A DNA stretch of 63,538 nucleotides, counting the filler, from Octopus bimaculoides (Eukaryota), in assembly GCF_001194135.2 (NCBI RefSeq). It is 6 parts of 6 records of this genome, joined end to end, with 100 filler letters (N's around TTAATTAATTAA, not from the genome) between each part and the next. Parts side by side here need not be neighbours in the genome. Positions count along the whole stretch, not along the records: positions 38,380 to 59,079 come from NC_068983.1; positions 59,180 to 61,957 come from NW_026359379.1; positions 62,058 to 63,538 come from NC_068986.1; 3 more parts are not named here. One strand, given 5' to 3'. Position 1 is the stretch's first letter. Each line of letters starts with the position of its first letter. Shown here in pieces: positions 51,654 to 63,538 of this stretch. The position numbers were made by a program, and so were the translations under genes. Below the pieces are notes generated by a model, which had not been told where the DNA came from, did not search any database, and saw only the letters and a list, made by a program, of their open reading frames with translations.

Positions 51654-54105
51654 CATAGAGAGAGCAGTAAGAAAGTAAGAGAAGGGAAGAATCTTATCAA
51701 CTAATATATGTTTGTTCAGTAGAGGGATGTTTATAGTCAAAGTTCAGCGTGTTTACAATATGAAGTGGTAGAGGTGTATGTTGGCGTATGTACTTGTAAG
51801 TTTACGGAGGTAGTGGGGGGTAAGTGGAGGCAGTTGACATAGAACATGTCCAGCATTTCATACCACGGAAGAGATTAAAATATGACTTACAAGCAGCTCC
51901 GCATATATAAACAAAATCGAACACACATACACATGGTATGTCTGTTGTTAGTTCGTGAGTCGGCTGGGGCTTGTAGTTGTAAAAGAATATATTCTCTATG
52001 CGCCTGATGTAAAAAAAAAAAAATGAAAAAAACACCTAAAAGTAAGTCGCAATCAAGTGAGATATGAGTTGTCTGGTTAAATTACATTTTTATTGTTAAC
52101 CAATTCATTAGTTAATATGAGAGTATTTGTGCGTGCGAATTTGTATGAGTGTGTACTTGTGCGTGATTGTGAACGCACGTGCGCATCTACTTCTAAACGT
52201 GTGTGGGGTGGGGTGTACGTCAGCTTCCGCCATCTCCTTGGTGACTTGCCCACACCACTACAGATCTTCTTCTAATGTGCCTATTATTCCATAAAGATTT
52301 GTGATAGCTTATGGAGTTACTTATGTGACAACGGAAGGGAGAGAAAGATAGAGTGTGTGCTTGTGCACATGCATGCGTGTTTGTGTGTTGGCATGTACAC
52401 TCGCGTGCGCGTCTTCGTTTGGCTGAATTGTCTCTTGAGAGATGGCATAGAATTGATGAAGTCGCAAAGAGCAATGAAAGGACTTTGAGAAACATCTGAC
52501 TTATTATTTGACCGAATGATGATTAAACAAACGATCGATCGTTTTGTTGCTAACTCACCGATTGACTAACAATAAAAAAGTGAAATTGTACCAGTGCATG
52601 AGTTTATTATTATTGGCATAGTGACCCTTGCACAATACAAGAAACTATAAGATGAAATTCACACACACACATTCCAGCCGTGTGCATATAGATAACTTTT
52701 TCTTTGGAGTTGCATTTTCTTTTTCTCATGCAGACATCTTAAATGTGCTGATACCTCAAAGTTATNNNNNNNNNNNNNNNNNNNNNNNNNNNNNNNNNNN
52801 NNNNNNNNNNNNNNNNNNNNNNNNNNNNNNNNNNNNNNNNNNNNNNNNNNNNNNNNNNNNNNNNNNNNNNNNNNNNNNNNNNNNNNNNNNNNNNNNNNNN
52901 NNNNNNNNNNNNNNNNNNCATTTTCTTTTTCTCATGCAGACATCTTAAATGTGCTGATACCTCAAAGTTATGAACGATATCGTTTTGGCTTGACAGCACT
53001 AACCGTTTGCTTTTATTGTCTTGTTCTCACTGTTCTGTTTTTGTTACCACTTTCAACCTCCGCAAAAAATCCCAAATTTTATTTAATTTGCTTTGCGGGA
53101 AGGACTGTTTTAATGAAGTCGCGTCTTGTCCTTACCTTCAAAACGCGGAGTATATGAAACAGGGGACAACTGATGAAAGGGAAGGCTCTTTATGTTGACT
53201 GACTCGTTTCTCTGTTTTGTTTTCGTTGTTGGAAAAAATTCGTTTTCTATGTTTTGTTTCTTTTATGTTTTCGTTTCTCCTTGTGTCTACGTTTTTATTA
53301 TTCCTGTACCCATATGTGCATGTATATATACATATATATGTAGGTATGTGCATATATGCATGTATATATGCATATATTTATATAATATTTACATTTACAT
53401 GACCGAACACAGCGTCACCAATTTGTAAGTAGTTATCGCAATTATATTTTCCGACGCTACTCTATCTCTTTCTCTTTCTCGTTCTCTTCCTCTATCATTT
53501 TGTCCCCCTCTCGTTCTTCCTCTGTTTACTACTACATATCTCTCTTTACCCCTCTCGTTCTTCCTCTGTTACTACTACGTATCTCTTTTTCCCCCCTAGT
53601 ACTTCCTCTCTTCCTCTTATCCTCTCGTTGCTCACCTATTCTTCTACTTCCTCCCTTTGTTTCTCCCTCTACCACTCTCTCTCTTCCCCTTACACCGGCA
53701 TGGTCACATGCTTCCGGTCAATAATCCTTTTCTTCCTTGGCTATCGCCGATCAAACACGGGAACTTACTTCGTCCCCACTTTCAAGTTCGTGGCTCTCAG
53801 CGTTCTTACACACATAATTTTTCCCGTCTGGCCGTATAGCCTTTTCTGTTTGTTTTCCTGTCTTGTTTTTTGTCCGCCACTACATTCCTCCATGGCAAGG
53901 TTTAATTTGTGTATACAAATTTAATTTGCGGTCCATGGGAAGAGCCGTTTTAACGATGCGTCCTACCCATCTCTTCGAAACGCCGGTGTTAAAACGGGGG
54001 TAGCTGNNNNNNNNNNTCCTGTACCCAGATATGTACCTATACATACAGGTGGATGTCGGTATGCACATACCTGTACGTATATATGCATATACTCATTTAC
54101 TATTT

Positions 54106-54206
<101 letters not shown>

Positions 54207-54959
54207 CGCACATACATATATATATACATGCGTCTGTGTGTTTCTATGTTTATCTGCGTATGGGTGGCCGAAAGCTATCATATTGATGTAATTAAATAAT
54301 ATATATTACTCCTTGAAATAAATATATAAAAAGAAAACACACACTTCACATTTTCCATTGTGAAGAAAATATATAATTTAATGTTTTAGTAATGGTCTTT
54401 GTTCTCCAAAGTATTTTGATCTAAAGGGAAACGTTTATGAACATTAAATATAGTTTACAATGTTGAATATTGTCTAAATCTTAAGAAAGTTAATGTAGGA
54501 TTTCTTGCAGTCTGGATTCTTTGTAATTGTTAACTATATCTTAACTACTGATATCTTCAGGGAGATTATTCTTCTGTCCATATTGCAATTTCTGTATATG
54601 ACACATCAGACGCATTCTAATATTCATAGTAAATGTTGTTATTCATAAGAAAGAGAAAAAAATAATAATACAAAAGTAAGAAGAATGGCGCATATCGTTT
54701 TGAATTTTCTTAATATAAAGTGAAATTTATCTCAGTTGTCGTCGGATATCTAAAGTACTGACACATTAGAAATTATACGAGTCTGACAAAAGTTCAAAGC
54801 TCAACTCACCAACCAGTCAGTAGCAAATAGCATATCCTTTGGTTTCACTATCTGACCTAATTCCACCCAAACCTACAATAGTAATGTGCGAGTCACCACC
54901 ACAACAAGCTACTACTATTGTTTCCTATTTAGGAAAAAGACACGAAATTCTTTGTGAGG

Positions 54960-55135
54960 AGGGGGCCAGTCGATTAGATCGACCTCAGTACCCAACTAAT
55001 ACTTAATTTATAGACTCCGAAAGAATGAAATGCACAGTCAGCCTAGGCGGAATTTGAACTCAGAAAGTAAAGACAGATGAAATACCGTTAAGCATTTCAT
55101 TAGGTATTCTAACCTTTCTGCCAGTTCACCGCCTT
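54960..55135 (-). mobile_element. SINE (second family)
   Basis: Reverse complement ggcggtgaactggcagaaagg..ctgagttcaaattccgcc. Confidence 0.7.
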
Positions 55136-55249
55136 CAGACTGTTACTATTATCACAGGTCATAATTCGATTCAGCAGTCTCCAAATTTATCTTCTTTACC
55201 AACTTTGACGTCAAATTCTATAACATCTGTGAAATTCGCATCCGCAATG

Positions 55250-56620
55250 CTGCGATGCCACCTCAAGAATAAGTGCAGCTATGCCTCTCCTTGTCATGAA
55301 TATGTTACTTATATGCTTCTCAAATGTGGCGGCTTCCATCTTTTGCACTAGCTTTCATTTTTCTTTCAATTCTGCCTTAATAACTGTATCACTCTAGAGC
55401 AGTGGGAAATTTCCAGTGTCGTTCCTCCGTTCAGAAAGAATGATCGCACATCACCTGTGAACTACCACTCAGTCAGTTCTACATCACCAAACTGATAGAG
55501 TCCTGTGTCAGAGAAACACTCAGGAAATCTTCGACCCTCACAATTTGAATTTATCCCTAATTCCAGTTGTTGTAACCAAATCACTGAGTTTCTTGGGGAT
55601 ATCACCCGAATTACTGATGGCGGCTCATGAGTGGATGTTATCTATTTTGACTTTGCTGAAGCCTTCAGCTCTATGCCACACAAACGATACATGGAAAATC
55701 TCTCTGCAATGGCTGAAGTCTTTCGTTCTCGGTCGAAAATAGTTAGTTATGGTAATTGGACATCAGTCTTCACCCTATGAGATGACATACGGTGTACCAC
55801 AGCTATCCGTTCTTGGGTACTTAATGTTTGTTGCATATATTAATGACATAGATACCAACTTGAAGAATGTTACTGTGTTGACAGATGGAGATGACATCAA
55901 GCTATACCTTAAGATAAAAAGAACAGATTGTAAACGTTATAGATAGTTCCTGCAATCAGACCTGGACACAATGCAGCAAAGGATTACTCAGTAACAACAC
56001 AGCTGCGGACAAGTGCGTCATGATTCACTTTGGAAGGAAAATCCCAGCTTTAACATAATCCTTCAACAATACCAGTATTAAGAAATCTTAATGAACTTGA
56101 TCTGGGTATTATTGTAAACAACAATCTGCGTTGGACAAACCGTATCAGTAAAACTTTTGTCAGCCGCTCTTCGCCTATCTAATTAAAACTTTATATGACT
56201 ACGGAACACCCAGTTTTCACCACCAGTTTCGAAACGCTGCCTTGCTCAGAATATCAAGCTCTTAGAAAGTGTTCAGAAACAACGTACAACTAAACGTATA
56301 TCCGCTGTCAGGCACCTGCTACACTCTGTACGTTTTGCTTCCCTGGGCATGGACACTTTAAAACTGACTCGGGAGACGCCCACAACATAATGCACCATCT
56401 TCCCAAAAACAACTTTGAGCACCTTTTCGAATTTCATATTTCCATCAGCCGTGGACATGCTTACAAGATTAAAAAACAACACAGCACCAATGATATTCGC
56501 AAATATACTTTTACATTCAGAATTGTAGAAGCATGGAATAAACTACCTGTTAGCTGTCGAAACCCTGCATCTTTCAAAATTCCTATGCTTCCAGGAATTT
56601 GGTAGTGCACCTGAACACTG
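55250..56620 (+). pseudogene. CR1/L2-group LINE RT relic, heavily degraded
   Basis: QFEFIPNSSC..VDVIYFDFAEAFSSMPH, GVPQLSVLGYLMFVAYIND..DGDDIKLY, and C-terminal SRGHAYKIKK..FTFRIVEAWNKLP. Confidence 0.88.
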
Positions 56621-58753
56621 TTTACAACAATACCCTTATCATTTGTTATCATTTTATATATTTTTTTAGTGTATAGCTAAGTGAACCATTCCTTCAACAT
56701 TAAATTTAAATTATATAGTGTGACACTAAAATGCATACCAGGAACCATTTTTCAATGTAATAGCGGAGAAACTTATATTGCAAGTCAGTAGACCGAATAT
56801 TAATTTATATTCAAAGTAAAAGCCTCCAAATTAATTATTTGCAAAATAGTTCAATGGAATATGTTCGTGCATTATGTATGTATTTTGGTGTAGAATCCCA
56901 GACAGCAGGCAGATAAATGACTATAAATATGTCTTCTTTCATCAAATCACGCTAACGCAACGTGGAGCTTTTACACTTATATTTTCTCTATCTATTTATT
57001 TTAACTCTATTAGTATTTTCTTTTCACAGATACGGTAGTTATAGTATCGAAACAATACAAAATCGAACGATTCAATAGTTTCACTTCCAAACTATAATGC
57101 AGTGGTGTCTTCTTTTATACGATATTCCTAGGCACTATATCATATCCTTCTCGTGGTAGCGAATTTAGGTTGGTCAAGAAGATTTTCAAATACCTCGACA
57201 TCAAATATAGAAGTAAATCTTGATAAGAGCGTATACACATTTTTCTAGTCCAGTTAATTAAATTGAACACACACACACACACACACGCACACACACACAC
57301 ACACGCACACACNNNNNNNNNNATTGAACACACACACACACACACACGCACACACACACGCACACGCACACACACACACACACAAACACACGCATACATC
57401 TACACACATATTCAATTCCTGACCCAAAATTATCGGGAGTGATGCTGTAAATAGAAGACTGCAAAGCATGACAATCCAGCATCGCATGTTCATAAAACGT
57501 CGTTCCTTTCTGCAGCTACACACTTTATCCGCATTATTCCCATTAATGCCAGTATTGTATAACAAACTGACGATAGTCTGACGATAGGATGATAGATAAA
57601 GGTAGAAAAGGCGATACAGTACCTTTTCATCGACGAAGCACATATCTGAAAGTTCTGCACATGAGCCCAAATTTGGAACACGTATTGATAACGTTTCGAT
57701 TACATATGCTAGCTGAAGCATTCCATATATTTTTATTATGATGATTATTTCTGTTCTTTTTGTCACTATCAAATTTACTATTAGCATTAATGTTTTCTTG
57801 GATAATATTCCCTTTATTAAATTTAAGCTTATAATTCTCTGTTATATGACATTGTATATGATAGGCCCACTCTTGTGTCAGTTGGATATCCTTGGAACTG
57901 CCTATGTAATGTATTGCAGAAAGCTCTCACATATTTAGAGGATAGGTAGAGGCCATATACAGGGTTATACCATAATATACTTCTGCTGTGTTACTTATTA
58001 TGGTGATGGCAATTTATACGTTCATCTATTGAGGTATTTATTAACTTTTCCTTTATCTTTATTTTTCTTCAATCTTATACGTAGAACTATTATTGCTATT
58101 TCTTGATATGGATTTAATGCATTTCTTACCCTTCGTGTTTATGTGTCTTGCAGGTATCCGATGTTCGCTTTTTGCTTATTATCACATGTTCCCAGTTGTC
58201 CGTCCTATAATTTATTTTCATCTACGTTATTATTAGGAATATATTTAATTCTAACGTGCGCTTCCTAGGTCTACATTATAGTATTCGGCATGCAATAGAA
58301 TATTCATTTCATTCGCTAAAACTCGTGATCCCCCATGAGATACGCTCTATATATAATTGGATTGATGAATGAGCGTTGAGGATTAGAATTTTTAATTACA
58401 TATCACAGATATCACAGATTTTCATTGGGTTTATGATATGCTACATAAAAGCAATTACTTAAATCTAGCAATTCACGAAAATAATTAATGACACGGTAAT
58501 TATTTTCTAATACATAATGTTTAACGAATATTATATAAAAAGGGGCAGCATCTGATTATTTGAAAGATCGATAGCATTTTCACGTTACGTAATTTAAAAT
58601 TCAAAATAAAAGAAGCAACTCATCAGTCGGCAACCAAATATAGAATCTGGATGAAAAAGCATGTATAACACAACTTCAAATACGTGATAAAAAAAAACAA
58701 CTGTTTCCCAATATGATACGAATTCTAGGTTATGTAACACTTGCTTGGAAGAC

Positions 58754-58800
<47 letters not shown>

Positions 58801-58801
<1 letters not shown>

Positions 58802-59079
58802 GGCACCGCGAGTGTCGCGTTGCTCTCAAGCAACTCTGCCGTCCGGGACCAATGTTGTGCAACTTTGATTCCACAAAAGCGTTCTATAGAGGATTAGTGG
58901 AGGGGAGGTACGACGACGATCTCGGGGAGAATCTGGGCGTCGACGAGGAACACCTGACCCGCCTGTTCAGGACAACTTTCGGGCCGGGACCTATGGACAA
59001 CCACCAGAGATCCCTGGCCTGACAGTGCTATCGAGAAGCATTACCCGTTCGGGATAAGCTTTACAGGCACGGTTCGAGA
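58801..59079 (+). mobile_element. L1/Tx1-like LINE fragment (region before the zinc finger)
   Basis: GC-rich; STKAFYRGLV..LFRTTFGPGPMDNHQRSLA*QCYREALPVRDKLYRHGS resembles the zf-RVT lead-in (W......LP....L). Cut by a spacer gap. Confidence 0.55.
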
Positions 59080-59179
59080 NNNNNNNNNNNNNNNNNNNNN
59101 NNNNNNNNNNNNNNNNNNNNNNNTTAATTAATTAANNNNNNNNNNNNNNNNNNNNNNNNNNNNNNNNNNNNNNNNNNNN

Positions 59180-59220
<41 letters not shown>

Positions 59221-59537
59221 ATGTTTGTGCATGCGTATATATATGTATATATTTACATATATATATATAGATATAGATATGTATATGTATGTATGCATAT
59301 ACGTATGTATATACGCATGTATGTATACTGGTGATGTATGATAGGGGGATCGCTGAATGCAATGAGAATTGTCGGGACAGGGGAGACGTATTATTGATGA
59401 TCAATTTAGCTGCAAGTTCTACAGGAGATCGGACCATGTATTGGGGTGGGGGTGTAATTGCAATACTGGACTGGATGGTGGTCATGGTGGTGATAGTGGA
59501 CGTGATGGTGTTGGTGATGGTGAGGGTAGTGTTGTTG

Positions 59538-59569
<32 letters not shown>

Positions 59570-59754
59570 GGGGGTGATGTTGGTGGTGTCAGTGGTGTTG
59601 GTCGTAACGGTGATGGTCTTGATGGTAACGAAAGAGATGATGATGATGATGGCGGTGGTGGTAGTGATTGGCGGTTTCTGGTGACGTAGATGATGGTGGT
59701 AATGGCGATGTTGCTATTGCTATTATTGGTACTGGTGGTTCTATTTGGAATTGT

Positions 59755-60090
59755 GAGGACACATGGCTCAATGGTTTGAGCGTCGAGCTCAAATTAGGAG
59801 GAAGTGAGTTCGATTCCCGGACCGGGCTGTGTTGTGTTCTTGAGCAAGATCACTTTATTTCACATTGCTCCAGTTCACTCATCTGTAGAAATGGGTTCCG
59901 ACGTCACTGGTTCCAAGCTGTATAGGCGTACGCCTTTCACTTGGATAACATCAGTGGTGCGGAGAAGGGAAGTCGTCATGCTTGAGCGAATGCTGGTCCC
60001 CCATAAACAACCATTCCCAGACTTGTGCCTCAGAGCGTAACACTCTAGGTGCATCTCACGATCATTCATGACGAAAGGGGTCGTTACTCT
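59755..60090 (+). mobile_element. tRNA-derived CORE-SINE (third family)
   Basis: A box tggctcaatggtttgagc, B box gagttcgattccc, core tgtgttcttgagcaagatcacttt..ctcatctgtagaaatggg. Confidence 0.8.
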
Positions 60091-61159
60091 TTTTATGAAT
60101 ACAAGGGTATTCTTAAAACTAAATCTAGTAGCAGGCCCCTGGTTCCGGAGCTTCAGCGTCTTTGAGGACTGTGGGGGGGAGGCACCTCTTAGCTACTATT
60201 ATTTCCAGGTCTACGCTGGCCCGGAGTCGTAGTACCTGCAAGAATCCAAGCTCGGACTTGTGCCTTGGAGGGGTACTTTCCTGTTGCAATCCCACAGTCA
60301 CTTATGATGGAAAGAGGTCATTAAGTTTAGGTTGTGGTGATGATAATGGTGGTAGAACTAATAGTATTCATGCTAATGGTATGGGAGATGATATTGATGG
60401 TTGAAGCAGTTTATGTTGTCGTGGTGCCGGTTGAGGGATGTAAATGGCAGAGAGGTCGCGGTAGTATTGTTGGATGTTGTCGACGTTGTTTAACTCCAGG
60501 TCCTCTCTATTCCAGTAGACACACGAACAAAGGTATTCCAACAATGGCCATCACGTCCTATTGCATCTTTTCAAAGCTGTGTTACACTCCAAAGAGTCAC
60601 TTCCTTCATTAAAACATTAGTAGGTTGTGTTTTGACGGAAATTTGACTGCTATTTTTGGAAGATCAAACGAATTTGTGGGAAATCACTGATTGCATCTCG
60701 TGTACTGTTGGTCTGCAGTGACGTCAACGGAGGCCATAGGGTCCAGCAGAAACAGAATAGCGGTAGGAAGATGAATGACCAGTTAACGTTTATTTGTTGT
60801 TAAACCTCAGATCAGCGTTCCTCAGCTGATGACGTTTATAGCATTCCGGTGGTCATTTAAGTTCGATTCACAAAACCAGTGCTCCGGAAACGCACTGCAT
60901 TCTGGTTTATGGCGGTGGTGGTGTAATAAAGTGCAACAGTAGTGGTGGTGGTGGTGGTGGTGGTGATGATGATGGTTATGGTGGTGGTGGTGATGTTGGT
61001 GGTTGTGGTGATGATGTCAATTGTGGTGATGGTGGTGGTTATGGTGGTGGTGTTGGTGGTGGTGTTAATGGTGGTTATGGTGGTAGCGTTGGTGGTGGTC
61101 ATGGTAGTGGTATTAATGGTGTTGAGGCTCCGACAGGGAGTACTGGCGAACACTGCTGT

Positions 61160-61375
61160 ACTCTTCCACCACAACTTTCTCTCACTCTTTTTTGTCCTGT
61201 TTCTGTTGTGCCTGTGTTTCAAAGGGTCAGCCTTGTCACATTCTGTGTCACGCTGAATCTCCCCGAGAATTACGTCTGTGGAGCGCTCAGCAACTTGCGC
61301 GTTAATTTCACGAGCAAGCAGTTCCGTTGATCGGATCAACTTGAACCCTCGTCGTAACCGACAGAATACCACGGT
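61160..61375 (-). mobile_element. SINE-like repeat (family of 36890-37130)
   Basis: Direct sequence similarity to the 36.9 kb copy. Confidence 0.75.
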
Positions 61376-61912
61376 GACGACGTATGTATGCACGAGTTAT
61401 ACAAACGAAAGAAAGTGGTACTCAATACATTTTGGAGGACTTACATATAATTTTAATTCGTTTGACTCTGTATCACATGATTTTCATATGCACGATATCT
61501 GATGACTTGGATACATTCTAACCACCCACGAAACTATGGCTTATTTGCACCCGAGTAACACTGTTACAATTTATACATATTCTAAGATCTGCAAAGATCA
61601 GAACTTATCTGTTTCTCTTGGTGGTTTAAATTAGATATGCAATCTATGTGGGTGTCTTTTCAAAACATTGTCTGGTTTAAAACTATGCCATGATGGTACA
61701 GGAGGTGTAGGTACAGGAGGTGCTTAAACTCTGTGTAAGAAATAGATAGACAACCACCATATATATATATATAAATAAATATATACATCATAAGGGTATA
61801 TATACTCACAAATATCCATTTACACACACACACATACTTCTGTGTGTATAAACAAATGCATATGTACACATATATACATATATATGTGATTGCATGTATA
61901 TGTGTATGTATG

Positions 61913-61957
<45 letters not shown>

Positions 61958-63538
61958 NNNNNNNNNNNNNNNNNNNNNNNNNNNNNNNNNNNNNNNNNNN
62001 NTTAATTAATTAANNNNNNNNNNNNNNNNNNNNNNNNNNNNNNNNNNNNNNNNNNNNTATATATAGATAGATCGCTGACCACTACATTTATATTTTTTTT
62101 CTCCTTGTTTTTCTCCTGATTTCTTTCTGTGTTCCTTTCAGTTGAAGAGCGTAGCTTGAAACGTTAAAGACTTTGTCTATTCCCGAGCGTTAAACTAATA
62201 CATCCTTTTGTTGTTTACACCACCCGTCCTCGTCTGTTGTTTTTTTCGTAAATTCTCCCATGTATATATACATACAACCATAGAACTAGCAGTACTGTGA
62301 AAATTCTATGATTATTTGGAAAACTTTAAAACTGCTGCAAGTTTATACGGACCCATAAAATACATAATGTCTTTTCAAACTATATTTTAAATTAAGTGTT
62401 TGCTTCTTGAGACATGGGAAATCCACGTAAGAGACACTGAATGTGTAGTCTTAAGAAAGAATATTTTTGAAAACTTTTCTTTCTTATACACTTGCTATCT
62501 CTTTTATTTTTAGTATTGCTGTCTGCTATGTTTATCTGCCCGCCAACAAGCGAATGCGCTCTAGAAACTGCAACATGAGAAAAATTTAAGTTCACTGCGT
62601 TTTTCCATTATGACGATGTTATAAAAATGATTGAAAAGGTGTTGAAAGAATAGCGTATAAACTATGGAACGGAATCGACGACATTATCTGTAATATTATT
62701 GCATTACGGCACAGCGTTAATGACATATCGTAATACTTACGGCATTGATCCTCATTCATAATGGGGTATTGGTAAGAAAAAGACAAAACACTGTGATAAA
62801 TGAATCATTTCTACACACTGACAGCAAACTTGCAGCCCACAGCAGTGAAGCTTCGACTGTCACGTATATTCTCGACTATCTTTAAATTTTCATGTTAAGA
62901 ATACAGTCATATGAATCGTTTATTAGGATCAGGCGCCTTCGAATTTCGTCTGTTCGCTGTTCTCATATTGATGAAGACGAGTACGAAAATCCGCATAAAT
63001 AAATTTCACTGCCTCCCTGCACGGTCATGTAAACACAAGCGATAGTCAGTGCATTTTGGGTAGCAAACACACACACACACACACACATATGTATGTGTGT
63101 GCGCGCGTGTGTGTATGCATGTGTGTGTGCGTGTTTATATTTGTGTGTATGTAATAATTTCATTAGGGTGTTGACCTTGGAGGTTTCCCAATTAAGTTCA
63201 TCTACGGGTCCAGGCTATCAATATGAAAGTATCCCCAAATTGTTTATTTTATCAAACATATGTTTGAAAATCCACAAAAATCGACTGAGGTTTTACAGTT
63301 ATAAACAGGGAGAATGGAGAGAGAAAGTCTTTAACTTTTATGCATGATTATGAGAGACGAATTTCGATACGCGTCAGTGACATCTCATGAATAAATAATC
63401 GCATATATTATCGTGTTATATAGCAATAATCATTAGATCAAATTCAGATGAAACAACTCTAAGTCAATATAAAAAGACTTGCTCACTCCATTTTATTTAT
63501 CCTTAGCATCTATGTATGTATATATATATATAAATATA

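Overview
AT-rich, repeat-saturated eukaryotic genomic DNA with many N gaps. The SINE/LINE families resemble those I recall from octopus, so the source is inferred to be an octopod cephalopod. One host gene is supported: four phase-compatible minus-strand exons (19473-19599, 17108-17227, 12513-12614, 4742-4858) encode the C-terminal half of a MYB-family (3R-Myb, A/B/c-Myb-like) protein with the PRTPTPFKNAL motif. No DNA-binding-repeat exons were found. The rest is transposon debris: RTE, CR1-like and Tx1-like LINEs, two RLE-type retrotransposon 3' ends in (TAA)n tracts, Penelope-like ends (one with a minimal hammerhead ribozyme), four Helitron remnants, Tc1/mariner/maT/Tigger-like and piggyBac-like elements, tRNA-derived SINEs and microsatellites. 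Five artificial 100-nt spacers (44N-TTAATTAATTAA-44N) mean long-range adjacency cannot be trusted. The most unusual structures are a foldback element with telomere-like arms (46597-47186), the hammerhead (23939-23984) and inverted repeat pairs within a Myb intron. I see no strong evidence for a wholly new biological system. All family assignments are by motif recognition from memory, not database search.
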